Of a stretch of DNA of 64,000 bases, positions 37,571-48,477 are shown piece after piece. The stretch is taken from the NCBI GenBank assembly GCA_049521795.1, contig JBEKOM010000003.1, forward strand, positions 32,001-96,000, in the 5' to 3' direction. Under the pieces are notes generated by a model that saw nothing but the letters and a program-made list of their open reading frames with translations, searched no databases and was not told where the DNA came from. Source of the stretch: Candidatus Bathyarchaeia archaeon (GTDB lineage: Archaea > Thermoproteota > Bathyarchaeia > Bathyarchaeales > Bathycorpusculaceae). The position numbers were made by a program, and so were the translations under genes. Position 1 is the stretch's first letter, and the number at the start of each line of letters is the position of its first letter.

Positions 37571-38503
37571 TTACCTTTTGTAGTATGGTCTGCGGATGAA
37601 AGCATACGCTTCGAGCGCGGCGGTTATGCCCTGCCCCACCGCTGTTCCAACCTGTTTAACAGGATGGTTTGTAATGTCGCCTGCCGCGTAAACTCCTTCA
37701 ATGTTCGTGTGCTGCAACCCATCGATTATTATGTAGCTGTCTTTGTCAGCCGCTACACCTGCCTCTCTGGCCTGCTGACTGTTCGGGGCTTCACCGATCT
37801 GGACGAACACGCCGTCAACCGGTAACTCCTCGGTCTTGCCGCTCTGCTTGTTAAGCAGACTGACTTTCCTGACCATTTTTTCGCCGATGATCTGCTTGAC
37901 CTCAGTGTTCATGAAAACTTCAATACTCTTCACGTTTTTCAGGCCCTGAACCAGGGCGTCCTCAGCGCGGAAGACACCTCTGCGATGTGCAACCTTGACT
38001 TCGCAGCCGAGATGAGCGAGATAAAGAGCCGTTATTAGGGCCGAGTTGCCGCCTCCTACGACCAAGACTGTTTTTCCCTTGAAAAAGGGTCCGTCACAGA
38101 GTCCACAATAGCTGACGCCTCTTCCTCGAAACTCTTTTTCACCCGGAATGCCGAGCTCGCGATAATAGCTTCCAGAAGCAATTATCACCGCCCCAACTTC
38201 GTAGCTTGCCTTTTCGGTTTCAACGGTCTTCTTGTCACCTCTAAGGCTAAGTCTCACGACTCTTTCAGACTCGTTGATCTTCACGCCTGAACTCTTGGCA
38301 TGAGCTACCATATTCTGCGCAAGCTCCGTTCCGCTTATGCTTTGAAACCCCGGGTAATTCTCCACCCACGGAGCGTCCGCAGTCGTGCCGCCGGCCATCT
38401 TCTCCTCCAGAATAAGAGTCTTAAGTCCACTTCTTGCCCCGTAGATCCCAGCTGACAAACCGGCAGCACCTGCACCGATTATTATCAAATCATAGCTCTC
38501 CAC
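37571..38503 (-). CDS. trxB: Thioredoxin reductase
   Basis: IIGAGAAG, VENYPG, GVSYCGLCDG, GGGNSA, YAAGD. Confidence 0.93.
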   Translation of the reverse strand: MESYDLIIIGAGAAGLSAGIYGARSGLKTLILEEKMAGGTTADAPWVENYPGFQSISGTELAQNMVAHAKSSGVKINESERVVRLSLRGDKKTVETEKASYEVGAVIIASGSYYRELGIPGEKEFRGRGVSYCGLCDGPFFKGKTVLVVGGGNSALITALYLAHLGCEVKVAHRRGVFRAEDALVQGLKNVKSIEVFMNTEVKQIIGEKMVRKVSLLNKQSGKTEELPVDGVFVQIGEAPNSQQAREAGVAADKDSYIIIDGLQHTNIEGVYAAGDITNHPVKQVGTAVGQGITAALEAYAFIRRPYYKR

Positions 38504-39124
38504 GCCGAAGCCCTCTAAGAGAGGCTGATCTGCTTGTTGCCTGTTTATGAAGCATTCGCATCCTCAGCGTGTGCTCGTTTCGCTTGATGATTAACGTTTC
38601 TTCACAGTCACCAGGTTGGTCTTTCGTCTGGTCTCTGAGCAGCAGTTTGACTTCTATTCTAGGCGAGCATGCTTGTTCCTAAATTCAGTTCAAGAGCTGG
38701 CATGGCGTTTTCCGATGAAGGATTGTTACCGTCACAGTTCGAGCCGGGTGCTCTCTCGCTCTCACGCCCTCCCCCCCGGTATCCTATATGACCCAAATAT
38801 GATTGAAGAGCAGAATGGGCAGTGCAGGCTCTTTCCAAAGAGAGTTTGGAACACACTAGCGCGCTACCGTTGCAGTGTTCATCTGAGGGGGGAGATATCT
38901 TTGGCATGCCCTTAGCATTCCCTGTTTCGTGTTTTGTCTCGTCTAGTAAGGTCTGTTAGTAACACCGTTTCGTTGATGTCATCCTTTAAGGGGCGCTACT
39001 GAGGTCCTTTTGCCAGTTGGAGGCAATGTTACTAACGTTCAGAGTGGTGGAATCATGCAAATTGAGAGAGACAAAATGCTAAATAGTGGTTTGCAGAGGT
39101 AGAGAAGACGGTGGGGGGGTCGGT

Positions 39125-39358
39125 ATGAAGCTTAATGCTTTTGTGTTGATAAACGTGAACTTAGGCTGCGAAAGTGAAGTTTTGAAAGCCCTGAAGAGCG
39201 TTCAGGGTTTTGACGAAGCCTTCGTTGTTCTGGGTGACTACGATATAATTGCAAGAGTCACCGCAAGAACTATGGACGAGCTTAACCAGAGTGTAACGTG
39301 TATCAGAAAACTCCAGAATGTCAGGTCGACGGCGACGATGATTACGCGTGAGCCTTGA
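39125..39358 (+). CDS. Stand-alone Lrp/AsnC ligand-binding (RAM) domain protein
   Basis: AFVLINV..G.E.EV...V.GDYDIIARV...IRKLQNVRST.T. Confidence 0.82.
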   Translation: MKLNAFVLINVNLGCESEVLKALKSVQGFDEAFVVLGDYDIIARVTARTMDELNQSVTCIRKLQNVRSTATMITREP

Positions 39359-39467
39359 TTTGCTCGCTTTGAGCAGGCGGGTCACACCGGTTTTGGTCTC
39401 GATATAATTGATTGATCGCAGTCGTCATGGGAGCGAGTTTTTGTGCGTTGGCGATGGAAACGCCTCG

Positions 39468-40586
39468 CTACAGGGCAAGTGTGAGTAATTCTGCTATGTC
39501 CATTATCTGAATTTTTCCTTCGACGCCTGCGGTCTTTACGGCGTCTTCAAACGTTAGTAGGCAGTAGGGACAGGCTACGGCCAGGATGTCTGCTCCAGCT
39601 TCGACGGCGTCTTTCACTCGTGTTTCCGCTAAACGTTGGCCTGGGATGTCAACCCACATTCTGCCACCTCCGCCCTCGCAGCAGACGCTTCTGGCTCTGG
39701 AACGGTCAAACTCCAGCAGTTTGACGCCTGGAACGCATTCGATGACTTTTCTCGGCTCGTCATAGATGCCGTTTTGCTTGCCCAAGAAGCACGGATCGTG
39801 ATATATGACCTTCTTGTTGACCTCTTTGGAGAAGGTCAACTTCTTTTCGTCAATCAGCTTGGCTAGAAGTTGAGTGTGGTGAAGAGGTTCGAATGTTGTT
39901 TGGTTGTATCTGTTCTTAAAGGCGTGATACCCGTGTGGGCAGCTTGTTACAGCTTGTTTCACGTTGTACTTGTTGAACGTTTTCATGTTTTCTTCAACTA
40001 GGAATTCGAAGAGGCCCTTCTCACCCATGCCGTAAACTTCGCTTCCGCAGCAGTTCTCCTCGTCGCAGAGGATTCCGAAGTTCAGTCCTGCCTTTTCGAA
40101 GCATCTTGCGAGGCTTTTTGGCACGTTTTGGACGCGTGGATCGTAGGCTGATGTGCAGCCGACGAAGAAAAGGACTTCTGCACCCTGTGAGATGGGTTTG
40201 ATGTTCAGTCCTTGCATCCATTCAGAGCGTTTGTTGCGCATTCTTCCCCATGGGTTGCCGTTCTTGAATATGCTCTCCAAAGCGTCTCGAATCGTAGGAG
40301 CAATTTGCCCTTCTTCAACTGCCATCCCGCGGATGTCGATCAGGAATTCGTATGGGTTAAGTTCCTTGGGGCAGCGAACACCGCACGTGCTGCATGTTGT
40401 GCAGCTCCACAATTCATTCTGTGGGTGCTGGGTCAACCTACCTAGGGTAGCGACTTCGCGCATGTACTTTCTGACGTTCAAGTTGGCCTTCTTCGCAACA
40501 GGACAGCTTCCTGTGCACGTTCCACACTGAATACATTCAAGAAGTTTGTGTTTCTGAGTCAGCTCTTCAGCGTTCATGTGGTCCAT
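39468..40586 (-). CDS. HdrD/GlpC-like Fe-S oxidoreductase (two CCG domains)
   Basis: CIQCGTCTGSCP, CTTCSTCGVRCP, ENCCG, YHDPC, CCEGGGG, ACPYC. Confidence 0.88.
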   Translation of the reverse strand: MDHMNAEELTQKHKLLECIQCGTCTGSCPVAKKANLNVRKYMREVATLGRLTQHPQNELWSCTTCSTCGVRCPKELNPYEFLIDIRGMAVEEGQIAPTIRDALESIFKNGNPWGRMRNKRSEWMQGLNIKPISQGAEVLFFVGCTSAYDPRVQNVPKSLARCFEKAGLNFGILCDEENCCGSEVYGMGEKGLFEFLVEENMKTFNKYNVKQAVTSCPHGYHAFKNRYNQTTFEPLHHTQLLAKLIDEKKLTFSKEVNKKVIYHDPCFLGKQNGIYDEPRKVIECVPGVKLLEFDRSRARSVCCEGGGGRMWVDIPGQRLAETRVKDAVEAGADILAVACPYCLLTFEDAVKTAGVEGKIQIMDIAELLTLAL

Positions 40587-40675
40587 CGCTTTTTGTTGAA
40601 ACGGAGCATAAGGTTATTAAAGCGTTTTCCCGTGAATCATCTAAAATCATTCATGAACGAGGTAGATTTCCGCCG

Positions 40676-43042
40676 ATGGAGAAGAAATCGCCTAGAATCG
40701 GCATTTTCGTGTGTGAATGCGGCGGCAACATAGGCGACGTTGTGGACGTAAAGTCTGTCGTTGAAACAGTCAAAAGTTGGCCTGACGTTGCAGTGGCCAA
40801 GTATCACAAGTATCTCTGTTCAAAGCCAGCTCAGGAACTGATACTCGACTCTGTGCAGAAGGAGAACTTGGACCGAGTTGTGGTGGCCAGTTGCACGCCG
40901 AGGATGCATCTTGCAACTTTTCAAGCTGTCCTGGAAAGAGCCGGATTGAACCCGTTCATGCTCGAGTTTGTGAACATCAGGGAACAAGACTCCTGGGTTC
41001 ACGGTCCTCACGCTTCAGCCGAGGCCACGAGGAAAGCTATAAGCCTGATTAGAGGCGGTTACGAGCGAAGCCAGCAGCTCGAAGCGTTGCAAACTATTAG
41101 CGAGAAGGGGTCTAGGGAGATTCTCATCGTTGGCGGAGGCATAGCAGGCATAACAGCCGCTCTTGAACTTGGTTATCTGGGCTACAAAGTTCATCTGGTC
41201 GAACGAAAACCGAGCATCGGCGGCAACATGGCAAAGCTGACGAAGGTTTTCCCAACACTGGACTGTGCGCAGTGCATCTTGACGCCGAGGATGGCCGAAG
41301 TGGGCAGGAACCCTAACGTTGCCCTTTACACCTACTCTGAAGTGCAGGAAGTTAGCGGCCGCCCAGGTAACTATGACGTGAAGGTTTTCATGAAACCTCG
41401 AGGCGTGGACTTGCAGAAGTGCAGAAGCTGTGGCGTCTGCGCCAAAGTTTGCCCGGTTTCCTGTTCAGACGAGTTCAATGAAGGCCTCTCGCAGAGGAAA
41501 GCAGCTTACATCGAGTTCCCACAGGCTGTGCCCTCAGCCTATACGATCGACTTTGAAGCGTGCACAAAGTGTGGAAAGTGTGAACAGCTTTGCCCAGCGA
41601 AGGCGGTAAGCTTGGCAGACAAGGGGTGCACGGTTGACTTGCACGTGGGAGGCATCATCATGGCAACTGGCTACCAGCTCTATGATGCCAAGAAGCTTGA
41701 GACTTTAGGTTACGGCAACTACAAAGACGTCATCACCATGATGGACCTGGAAAGACTCGTGTCCGCAACAGGCCCGACTAGCGGCTATGTCAAGAGGGCA
41801 GACGGCAGCGACGTCAAGAAGATCGGCATAGTGCTCTGCGCGGGCTCTAGGGATAAGAAATACATCCCATACTGCAGTCGCATCTGCTGCATGTACGCGT
41901 TGAAACAGGCTTTCGTGCTGAAGAAAATGCACGGGATCGATGTGACTATTTACTACACAGACATCAGGGCCACAGGCAAGGGTTACGAAGACCTCTACTG
42001 GCGTGACGAAGAGGCAGGGGTCAGTTTCATACGAGGCAAGGTAGCCGAAGTCTACAAAGATAGCAAAAGCGGCAAGCTCGTTGCAGTGGCCGAAGACACG
42101 ATAACCGGCGAAACGACAGAGGAGCAGTTTGACATGATCGCGCTGGCAACGCCGATGGTTCCGCCATCAGGACTCAAGGAACTGACCGAAAAAATGAAGG
42201 TCTCAATCGGCGAAGACGGTTTCATCACGGAGAAACATCCAAAGCTTGACCCAGTGGATTCGCTTGTAACAGGAATTTTCGCCTGCGGCTGTGCACTGAG
42301 CCCCAAAGACGTCCGTGACACGGTCTCAGACGGCTTAGGCGCATCGGCCAAAGCGGCTCTGTTCTTGAAGAGTGATTATGTCACGACTTCTCCTGAGAAA
42401 GCCTTTGTGATCTCTGACCTGTGCAATGGCTGCGGCGGCTGCGTGCCCATTTGCCCAGTGAACGCGATCAACATGCAGAACGGCAAGGCAACAGTCGACG
42501 CGTTCCAGTGCACAGGTTGCGGTGCATGCATACCTGCTTGCCCACAAGAAGCCATAGACTTCAAAAACGCGACTGCCAAGCAGATAATTGCTAGTCTCAG
42601 AGGAGTGTTGGAAGAAAAGCAGCCTGGCGAAGTCAGAGTGGTCGCTTTCGTCGACAAGAATGTTGGCTATACAGGCATGGACTTCCTTGGACTGGACCGC
42701 ACAAATTATCCGGATAACGTCAGGATTATTCCAGTTCCAACAACCGCCATTCTGGGCTTGAAACACCTGCTTTATGCCTTCGCATACGGTGCTGACGGTG
42801 TTCTGGTCGTTGAAGGAACGCAGGAGATCGATGAAAAGTTCACAAAGAAGAGAATGATTGACCTCGGAAAAGAACTGGCAAAATACGGAGTCGAAAACAT
42901 GCGCGTACGCTACAGCTACGTGCCGTTGCCAGTCTACAAGAAAGCTGCAGAACTGTTCAGCATGTTCACTGAGAGGATCAAGAAGTTCGGCCCGCTGCCA
43001 GATGAAAAGCGCAAGGTTCTAAGAGAGAAATTGTCTGGCTAG
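40676..43042 (+). CDS. hdrA: HdrA-like flavoprotein with C-terminal degenerate MvhD-like domain
   Basis: FVCECG, ASCTPRMH, VGGGIAG, FPTLDC, YCSRICCMY, ferredoxin motifs; C-terminal NYPDNVRIIPV...AFAYGADGV. Confidence 0.9.
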   Translation: MEKKSPRIGIFVCECGGNIGDVVDVKSVVETVKSWPDVAVAKYHKYLCSKPAQELILDSVQKENLDRVVVASCTPRMHLATFQAVLERAGLNPFMLEFVNIREQDSWVHGPHASAEATRKAISLIRGGYERSQQLEALQTISEKGSREILIVGGGIAGITAALELGYLGYKVHLVERKPSIGGNMAKLTKVFPTLDCAQCILTPRMAEVGRNPNVALYTYSEVQEVSGRPGNYDVKVFMKPRGVDLQKCRSCGVCAKVCPVSCSDEFNEGLSQRKAAYIEFPQAVPSAYTIDFEACTKCGKCEQLCPAKAVSLADKGCTVDLHVGGIIMATGYQLYDAKKLETLGYGNYKDVITMMDLERLVSATGPTSGYVKRADGSDVKKIGIVLCAGSRDKKYIPYCSRICCMYALKQAFVLKKMHGIDVTIYYTDIRATGKGYEDLYWRDEEAGVSFIRGKVAEVYKDSKSGKLVAVAEDTITGETTEEQFDMIALATPMVPPSGLKELTEKMKVSIGEDGFITEKHPKLDPVDSLVTGIFACGCALSPKDVRDTVSDGLGASAKAALFLKSDYVTTSPEKAFVISDLCNGCGGCVPICPVNAINMQNGKATVDAFQCTGCGACIPACPQEAIDFKNATAKQIIASLRGVLEEKQPGEVRVVAFVDKNVGYTGMDFLGLDRTNYPDNVRIIPVPTTAILGLKHLLYAFAYGADGVLVVEGTQEIDEKFTKKRMIDLGKELAKYGVENMRVRYSYVPLPVYKKAAELFSMFTERIKKFGPLPDEKRKVLREKLSG

Positions 43043-43061
43043 CTATCGCAGTCTTCGATTT

Positions 43062-43982
43062 CTAGCTGATTTCTGATGCGTGCAACGCGCAGTCTTGTGT
43101 AATTTCTCTAGTTGCGGTCATTCTGTAGAACAGCGTCAGCATACTCACAACGAGAGCGTTGCAGTTGGTCCAGAGAGCCGCCGTTTTACTTTTCTCTTTT
43201 CTTGCTCTTTCCTTGTCTTCACCTTTTTTGCGATAAACAATCAGCAGCTCTTCTCTGTCTGAGATCATGAAAAAGGGCAGTTCTTTCACTTCGTCAGTGC
43301 AATGTGTATTATTTGACCAACCGATCCTCTCGCAGAAGAATCGGCTGTTCAACGAGTCTTCAGTCAACAGATTAATCCTCACATCGTAAGAATGCTGCTC
43401 GAGATTATCCATGAAATCGCTATGGTACAATTGGGCTAGGTACTCCTCTGGAGCAAAAATCTGCAGTTCGGTCCGCGCTTTCCCAAGAAGGTCTTTGGCT
43501 TTCAGAATCACTTGAGATTCGCCTTCCAATATTTGGAACACTTCCTTTTTGCTGTTCTCGTTTCTTGGCTTTGGCATCGATGCCCAAAGATGGATCAAGT
43601 CGGCTTTTTCTTTTTCGTAAAGTTTGAGCTTTGTTTTTTCAGTTTCTATCAGTCGTTCGATTGCCTTGTCCAGAGGCACCGCAGTGAACTTCAACGGCTT
43701 TGAGAAAGTTGAGAATGCGATGCCTTTTTTTTCCAAGTCCCTAAGTATTCTGTAGGTTTCGGTTCGGTGAAGTGATATGGCTTCTGCGATTTCCGCTGCT
43801 TTCTTTTCGCCTGTTCTTGCGAGGTAAACGTACGCTTTTATTTCGTTCTGTGACAGCCCGTATCTTGCCAAGGCGTTTTCTATGATCTCCACCTGTTTCG
43901 CAGAACCCTTATCTTTACGAACGATCCTCCATGGGTCTGCCTTTTCGTCGTGTACTCTGATTAGATCGCTGCGTTCCATCAT
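43062..43982 (-). CDS. TrmB family transcriptional regulator
   Basis: YGLSQNEIKAYVYL, RTETYRILRDLEKKG, FMISDREELL. Confidence 0.88.
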   Translation of the reverse strand: MMERSDLIRVHDEKADPWRIVRKDKGSAKQVEIIENALARYGLSQNEIKAYVYLARTGEKKAAEIAEAISLHRTETYRILRDLEKKGIAFSTFSKPLKFTAVPLDKAIERLIETEKTKLKLYEKEKADLIHLWASMPKPRNENSKKEVFQILEGESQVILKAKDLLGKARTELQIFAPEEYLAQLYHSDFMDNLEQHSYDVRINLLTEDSLNSRFFCERIGWSNNTHCTDEVKELPFFMISDREELLIVYRKKGEDKERARKEKSKTAALWTNCNALVVSMLTLFYRMTATREITQDCALHASEIS

Positions 43983-44734
43983 CGATAATGCCAGGTTTTT
44001 TGCCTTGGTGTTATTGATCGTGACGGGTTCTGATGAATGACATACTTTATGCTTATGAATACTGAATCTGAATTGAGGGTTCAAATCAATGGGAATCTGG
44101 CATGATGGCACGATTTGGTCATTCTTTCTCCGTTTGAACGTACGTTGACCGTCTGTCGCATCGTCTACGCACAAATCATTATTTCTGTTTTGTGTGCATA
44201 CCTTTGGTTTCGCGGCGAAAAAAGGCGGGCGCCTTTCACCGTTAAGAGTATGGAGGGACCTAGCATGAACTGGAAACTAATAGCCTTGAGAACTTGGCCG
44301 TTTGTGTTTCTTGCGGTCTGTTTCTTCGTGTTGACCCTTTATGGGCAGTGTCCAGCCGTCTGTTAGGGGGCGACAATGTGGGGACCCCTGGACACCTTTC
44401 TTTTTTTAAAGATGTGAAAGAGCACCTTTTGGAAAATGAAGCGTTGAGGTTTCTCTTGTTCATAGAGAAAGTGCCGAAACACAGAGTCATGGAAAGTATC
44501 AGCATCTTGTTTCTAGCATTCTTAAGTATTGGATGTTTTGCCGTAGGACTGGCCGGTTTCGTCGTTTGGGAGTATTATTCTTTCTTTGGAATTCTGTTCT
44601 ACTACGTTGTGGTGCTTTTGGTTCTGCTTGAGCTGTTGCACTGCCTCTTCGACAGGTAACCACTTCGACTCATTTGCGAAGTAGAGGAGTTGAAGAGTTC
44701 TTTTATATCCTAAGCACAGAGTAGTATCAGCGAG

Positions 44735-45127
44735 GTGTGCGAGTTGAAGTCTATGCAATGTCCTCTGTGCGGACTTGATTTGAAGAAGGAGAAAATCTAC
44801 TACGATGACAAGTCATTCTTAGTTTTAAGAACCAAAACCTTGAAGGGACACAAGGAGAGAATCATGATAGTGTACAAACAACACGAACACACCATACCCT
44901 ACAAGGCTTTTGAACGTGCCTTGGACCTGCTCTCTGACATAGGGAAAAGAGTCTTCAGCTACACTCCAAAGTTTGTGATAATGGACGCGACTTTTGCGAC
45001 GATAAACGATCATTGGCACCTTGTCGGAACAGACCTCGACCCTAAGAGCAAGGATTTTGACCAGATTCTCGCGACCAAATGGATCAAAGTCGTAGACAAC
45101 ACAGTGGAGAAGGAAAGCGAAGCCTAG
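44735..45127 (+). CDS. HIT-like Zn-binding protein
   Basis: CPLC, IYYDD, KGHKER, QHEH, DHWHLV. Confidence 0.55.
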   Translation: MCELKSMQCPLCGLDLKKEKIYYDDKSFLVLRTKTLKGHKERIMIVYKQHEHTIPYKAFERALDLLSDIGKRVFSYTPKFVIMDATFATINDHWHLVGTDLDPKSKDFDQILATKWIKVVDNTVEKESEA

Positions 45128-45417
45128 TCTATGAATTGCAGATTTCGGTTGTTTTCTTCCATAAGACGCCCGAAAATGGTCTGCGAATACTGTAAGGCCT
45201 AAAAGAAGTGCGTGGGCATAATCTCTCCATTGGCGGCACCTTCTTTTCGGAACCATCCAAGCCTAATGTCTGCTAAAGCCACCAAAGCAGACAGATGTTC
45301 AGAGGCGGAGATAAGCGCGACCCGTAATTGCTAGATATCTGAAGCGCGCTCCGTCAGGCAAAGGTTATATGAAAACAAGTGTGAAAAAGACTCACCATAT
45401 AGGAGAGTCAAGTTGAC

Positions 45418-46206
45418 ATGGACATAATCGTATGCGCCAAACATGTTCCAGAGACAGCTGAGGCAGAACTGAAGATCGACGCCACAGGAAAGAGCATAGA
45501 CAGGACAGGCTTGGTCTTCGACATCAACGAGTGGGACGATTACGCTCTTGAAGAAGCCGTGCGGATAAAGGAGAAACAGGGCGGAACAGTCACGGCGATA
45601 ACATTAGGCAGCGAGGACTCTGACAGTACGCTTCGAAAATGCATGGCTCGGGGAGCGGACAAGGCGATCAGATTGACCGACCCGAAGTTCACCGGCTCCG
45701 ACGGTTACGCGGTCGCAAAGATTCTGCACAGTGCAATAAAGAACCTGCATTATGACTTGATCCTGACTGGAATGCAGGCAGGTGACGACGGAAGCGCAAC
45801 AGTTGGGCCGATACTCGCAGAACTGCTCAACATCCCCCACGCGACGATGGTGAAGAAAATCGAGCTAGGCACAGGTAGGGCTAAAGTCAACCGTGAACTT
45901 GAAGGAGGCTTGGAAGAGCAGGTCGAAGTTAAACTACCAGCGCTTTTCTCCGTGCAGACGGGGATAAACGAACCGAGGTATGTCTCGATAATGGGAATCC
46001 GAAAAGCCATGCAGAAAGAGATCAAGGTTATGGCGCTTGCCGATACAGGCTTAACTGAAAACGACGTTGGCCCAGCGGGTTCCTGGACAACTGTGGAAAG
46101 GATGTATGTTCCACCAGCAGCGAAACAGGCCGAGTTTCTGAAGGGAAGCCCAGAGGAGGTTGCGGCCAAGATTGCTGAAATTCTCAAGTCGAAGGGGTTG
46201 ATTTAA
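45418..46206 (+). CDS. etfB: Electron transfer flavoprotein beta subunit
   Basis: VCAKHVPE, INEWDDYALEEA, GADKA, NEPRY. Confidence 0.95.
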   Translation: MDIIVCAKHVPETAEAELKIDATGKSIDRTGLVFDINEWDDYALEEAVRIKEKQGGTVTAITLGSEDSDSTLRKCMARGADKAIRLTDPKFTGSDGYAVAKILHSAIKNLHYDLILTGMQAGDDGSATVGPILAELLNIPHATMVKKIELGTGRAKVNRELEGGLEEQVEVKLPALFSVQTGINEPRYVSIMGIRKAMQKEIKVMALADTGLTENDVGPAGSWTTVERMYVPPAAKQAEFLKGSPEEVAAKIAEILKSKGLI

Positions 46207-46207
46207 A

Positions 46208-47203
46208 ATGGCAGAGATCTTCGTTTTAGTCGAACACAGACAGGGACAGATAAGAGACATAACCTTCGAAATGCTCACAAAAGCCAAGGAGCTCTCAAAA
46301 AAGACTGGTGCAGAGCTCAACGCTGTTCTGCTGGGAAAAACTGTAAGAGAACATGCTAAAAGTTTGGCAGAATATGCAGAGAAGGTGCTACTCATTGAAG
46401 ATTCCAAACTTGAGAACTTCAACTCCGAAGCTTACAGGAAAATCCTCTCAGCCCTGATCACCGCGCACAAGCCACTACTGGTGCTTATGGGTCACACTTC
46501 ATACGGCGTGGACCTAGCTCCAAGATTAGCGGCCGGCTTGAACCTACCCTTGGCCACAGACTGTATAGATATAGCTTTTGAAGGCGGAGGTTTCATGATT
46601 ACCAGACAGATGTACGGCGGCAAAGTGAACGTCCAGGCCAGCATCCGCAAGGCTGAAACCTACGTCGCGACCATCCGTCAAGCAACCTTCGCTGCTCAGA
46701 AACCGATGCCTCCTGTAAATGGACGAATAACGGAAATTCCCTCACAGCTCATGGAAGAAATACAAGAAAAACGGTTTCTACAATACGTTTTGCCACCTCC
46801 AGGCGGGGTTGACATCACAGCCTCAGACAAACTGGTCGGCATCGGCAGGGGAATAAAGGACGTGGCCAACATGCCAATAATGGAAGAACTCGCAAAAACC
46901 CTAGGTGCAGTTCTATCGTGCTCTCGTCCAATCGTAGACAAGGGTTGGCTTCCTACCGACCGCCAAGTCGGCACGTCTGGAAAAACTGTTAAACCCAAGC
47001 TCTACATCGCGGTCGGCATAAGCGGCGCCTTTCAGCATGTTCTGGGGATGAAAAGTTCAGACCTCATCATAGCCATAAACAAGGACCCCAAAGCACCCAT
47101 CTTCAGCTTCTCGGACTACGGCGTTGTCGACGACCTTTTCAAAGTGGTACCTGCATTGAAAAACAAAGTATATGAGCTTCAAACAAAGAAAACAACGTCC
47201 TAA
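46208..47203 (+). CDS. etfA: Electron transfer flavoprotein alpha subunit
   Basis: SRPIVDKGW, QVGTSGKTV, GISGAFQH, AINKD. Confidence 0.95.
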   Translation: MAEIFVLVEHRQGQIRDITFEMLTKAKELSKKTGAELNAVLLGKTVREHAKSLAEYAEKVLLIEDSKLENFNSEAYRKILSALITAHKPLLVLMGHTSYGVDLAPRLAAGLNLPLATDCIDIAFEGGGFMITRQMYGGKVNVQASIRKAETYVATIRQATFAAQKPMPPVNGRITEIPSQLMEEIQEKRFLQYVLPPPGGVDITASDKLVGIGRGIKDVANMPIMEELAKTLGAVLSCSRPIVDKGWLPTDRQVGTSGKTVKPKLYIAVGISGAFQHVLGMKSSDLIIAINKDPKAPIFSFSDYGVVDDLFKVVPALKNKVYELQTKKTTS

Positions 47204-47221
47204 ACGGGAGAAAAGAGGATT

Positions 47222-48376
47222 ATGGACTTCAAATTGAACGATGAGCAAAAGGAAATTGTGAAGGCTATCCGAGAATTCTGTGCGAAAGAGTTCACTCCGG
47301 AACTTGCATTGGAATTGGACCAGAAAGAAGAGTTCCCTATGGCCCTCTATAAGAAGGCTGCGCAGCTCGGTTTCACTAGCATGCGAATTCCTCAAGAATA
47401 TTGTGGACAAGGGTACGGAGTTTTCGAAGATTGCCTTGTGGTTGAGGAGATGTGCCGGGCAGATCCCGGCCTCGGAGTTGCTGTTTCGCTTGGAAATCTA
47501 ATGGTTCCGGACGTGCTCCTGAAACACGGGAATGAAGAGCAGAAGAAGAAATACATTACGCCGTTGGCAACAGGTGAGCACATAGCTGCAGCAGCCTTCA
47601 CAGAACCCGAACATGGCAGTGACATCACGCGAATGGATTCAACAGCTGTGAAGACAGGCAGCGAGTGGACAATAAACGGTGCGAAGGAGTTCATAACAAA
47701 CGCCACGACAGCCGACACTTTCATAATACTGTGTCAGTCAGATCCCAACGTGCAACCGTCGCACAGAGGACAAAGTCTGTTCCTGGCGGAAAAAGGGATG
47801 TGTGGCTTGGAGGCAACGAAGCTGCACGGCAAAATGGGCATCAAACCATGCGTCACCGGTTCGCTTTCTATGGCTGACTTGAAGGTTCCAGAAGCCAACG
47901 TCGTAGGCGAACTGTGCAAGGGCTTCTACTACACTCTTGAACTTTTCGACGGAACCAGAATCACGGTAGCCGCTCAAGCAGTCGGTATGGCGCAAGGCGC
48001 GTTCGAACGGGCCTTAAATTACGCGAAAACGAGAAAACAGTTCGGTCAAGCAATAATCAACTTCCAAGGAATAGGCTTCAAGCTTGCAGAGATGGCGATG
48101 AAGATAGAGTCAGCTCGGCTGATGATGTACAAGGCAGCTTGGCTCTACGACAAAGAGAAACCGAACGTTGTGGCAACCTCAATGGCCAAAGCGCATGCAG
48201 GCAGGGTCGCTATGGAAGTCACAGACGACGCGATCCAGATCTTCGGAGGCTACGGCTACCTAGCCGACTATCACGTCGAACGCTACCACAGATGTGCCAA
48301 AATAACCGAGATCTACGAAGGAACAAGTGAAATGCAGAAGTACACGATAGCGAACTATCTGATGAAACAGCAGTAG
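47222..48376 (+). CDS. Acyl-CoA dehydrogenase
   Basis: FTEPEHGSD, NGAKEFITN, RKQFG, QIFGGYGY, EIYEGTSE. Confidence 0.95.
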   Translation: MDFKLNDEQKEIVKAIREFCAKEFTPELALELDQKEEFPMALYKKAAQLGFTSMRIPQEYCGQGYGVFEDCLVVEEMCRADPGLGVAVSLGNLMVPDVLLKHGNEEQKKKYITPLATGEHIAAAAFTEPEHGSDITRMDSTAVKTGSEWTINGAKEFITNATTADTFIILCQSDPNVQPSHRGQSLFLAEKGMCGLEATKLHGKMGIKPCVTGSLSMADLKVPEANVVGELCKGFYYTLELFDGTRITVAAQAVGMAQGAFERALNYAKTRKQFGQAIINFQGIGFKLAEMAMKIESARLMMYKAAWLYDKEKPNVVATSMAKAHAGRVAMEVTDDAIQIFGGYGYLADYHVERYHRCAKITEIYEGTSEMQKYTIANYLMKQQ

Positions 48377-48477
48377 CAAACTCACGTTCTTTTTCTGTTT
48401 TTCCAAAAATGGATCATGCATTCAAAAGTTTTATTACCCTTCTTCAAGCATTTCAATAAACGTTAGGAGGAACCCTT

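Noticed and set aside
37525-37575. GGGTTTCGGGGAAAT...TTTTGGGG resembling a cassette outer arm
   Set aside because: Lacks the core and the low-complexity arm; probably a promoter or terminator between trxB and the next gene.
38520-39080. Long intergenic region with TAGCGCGCTA and GTTAGTAAC/GTTACTAAC inverted motifs
   Set aside because: No convincing ORF or RNA family; motifs too short to call beyond a possible operator.
44264-44659. Two tiny hydrophobic ORFs upstream of the HIT-like gene
   Set aside because: Plausible small membrane proteins, but no motif or homology evidence is visible from the sequence alone.
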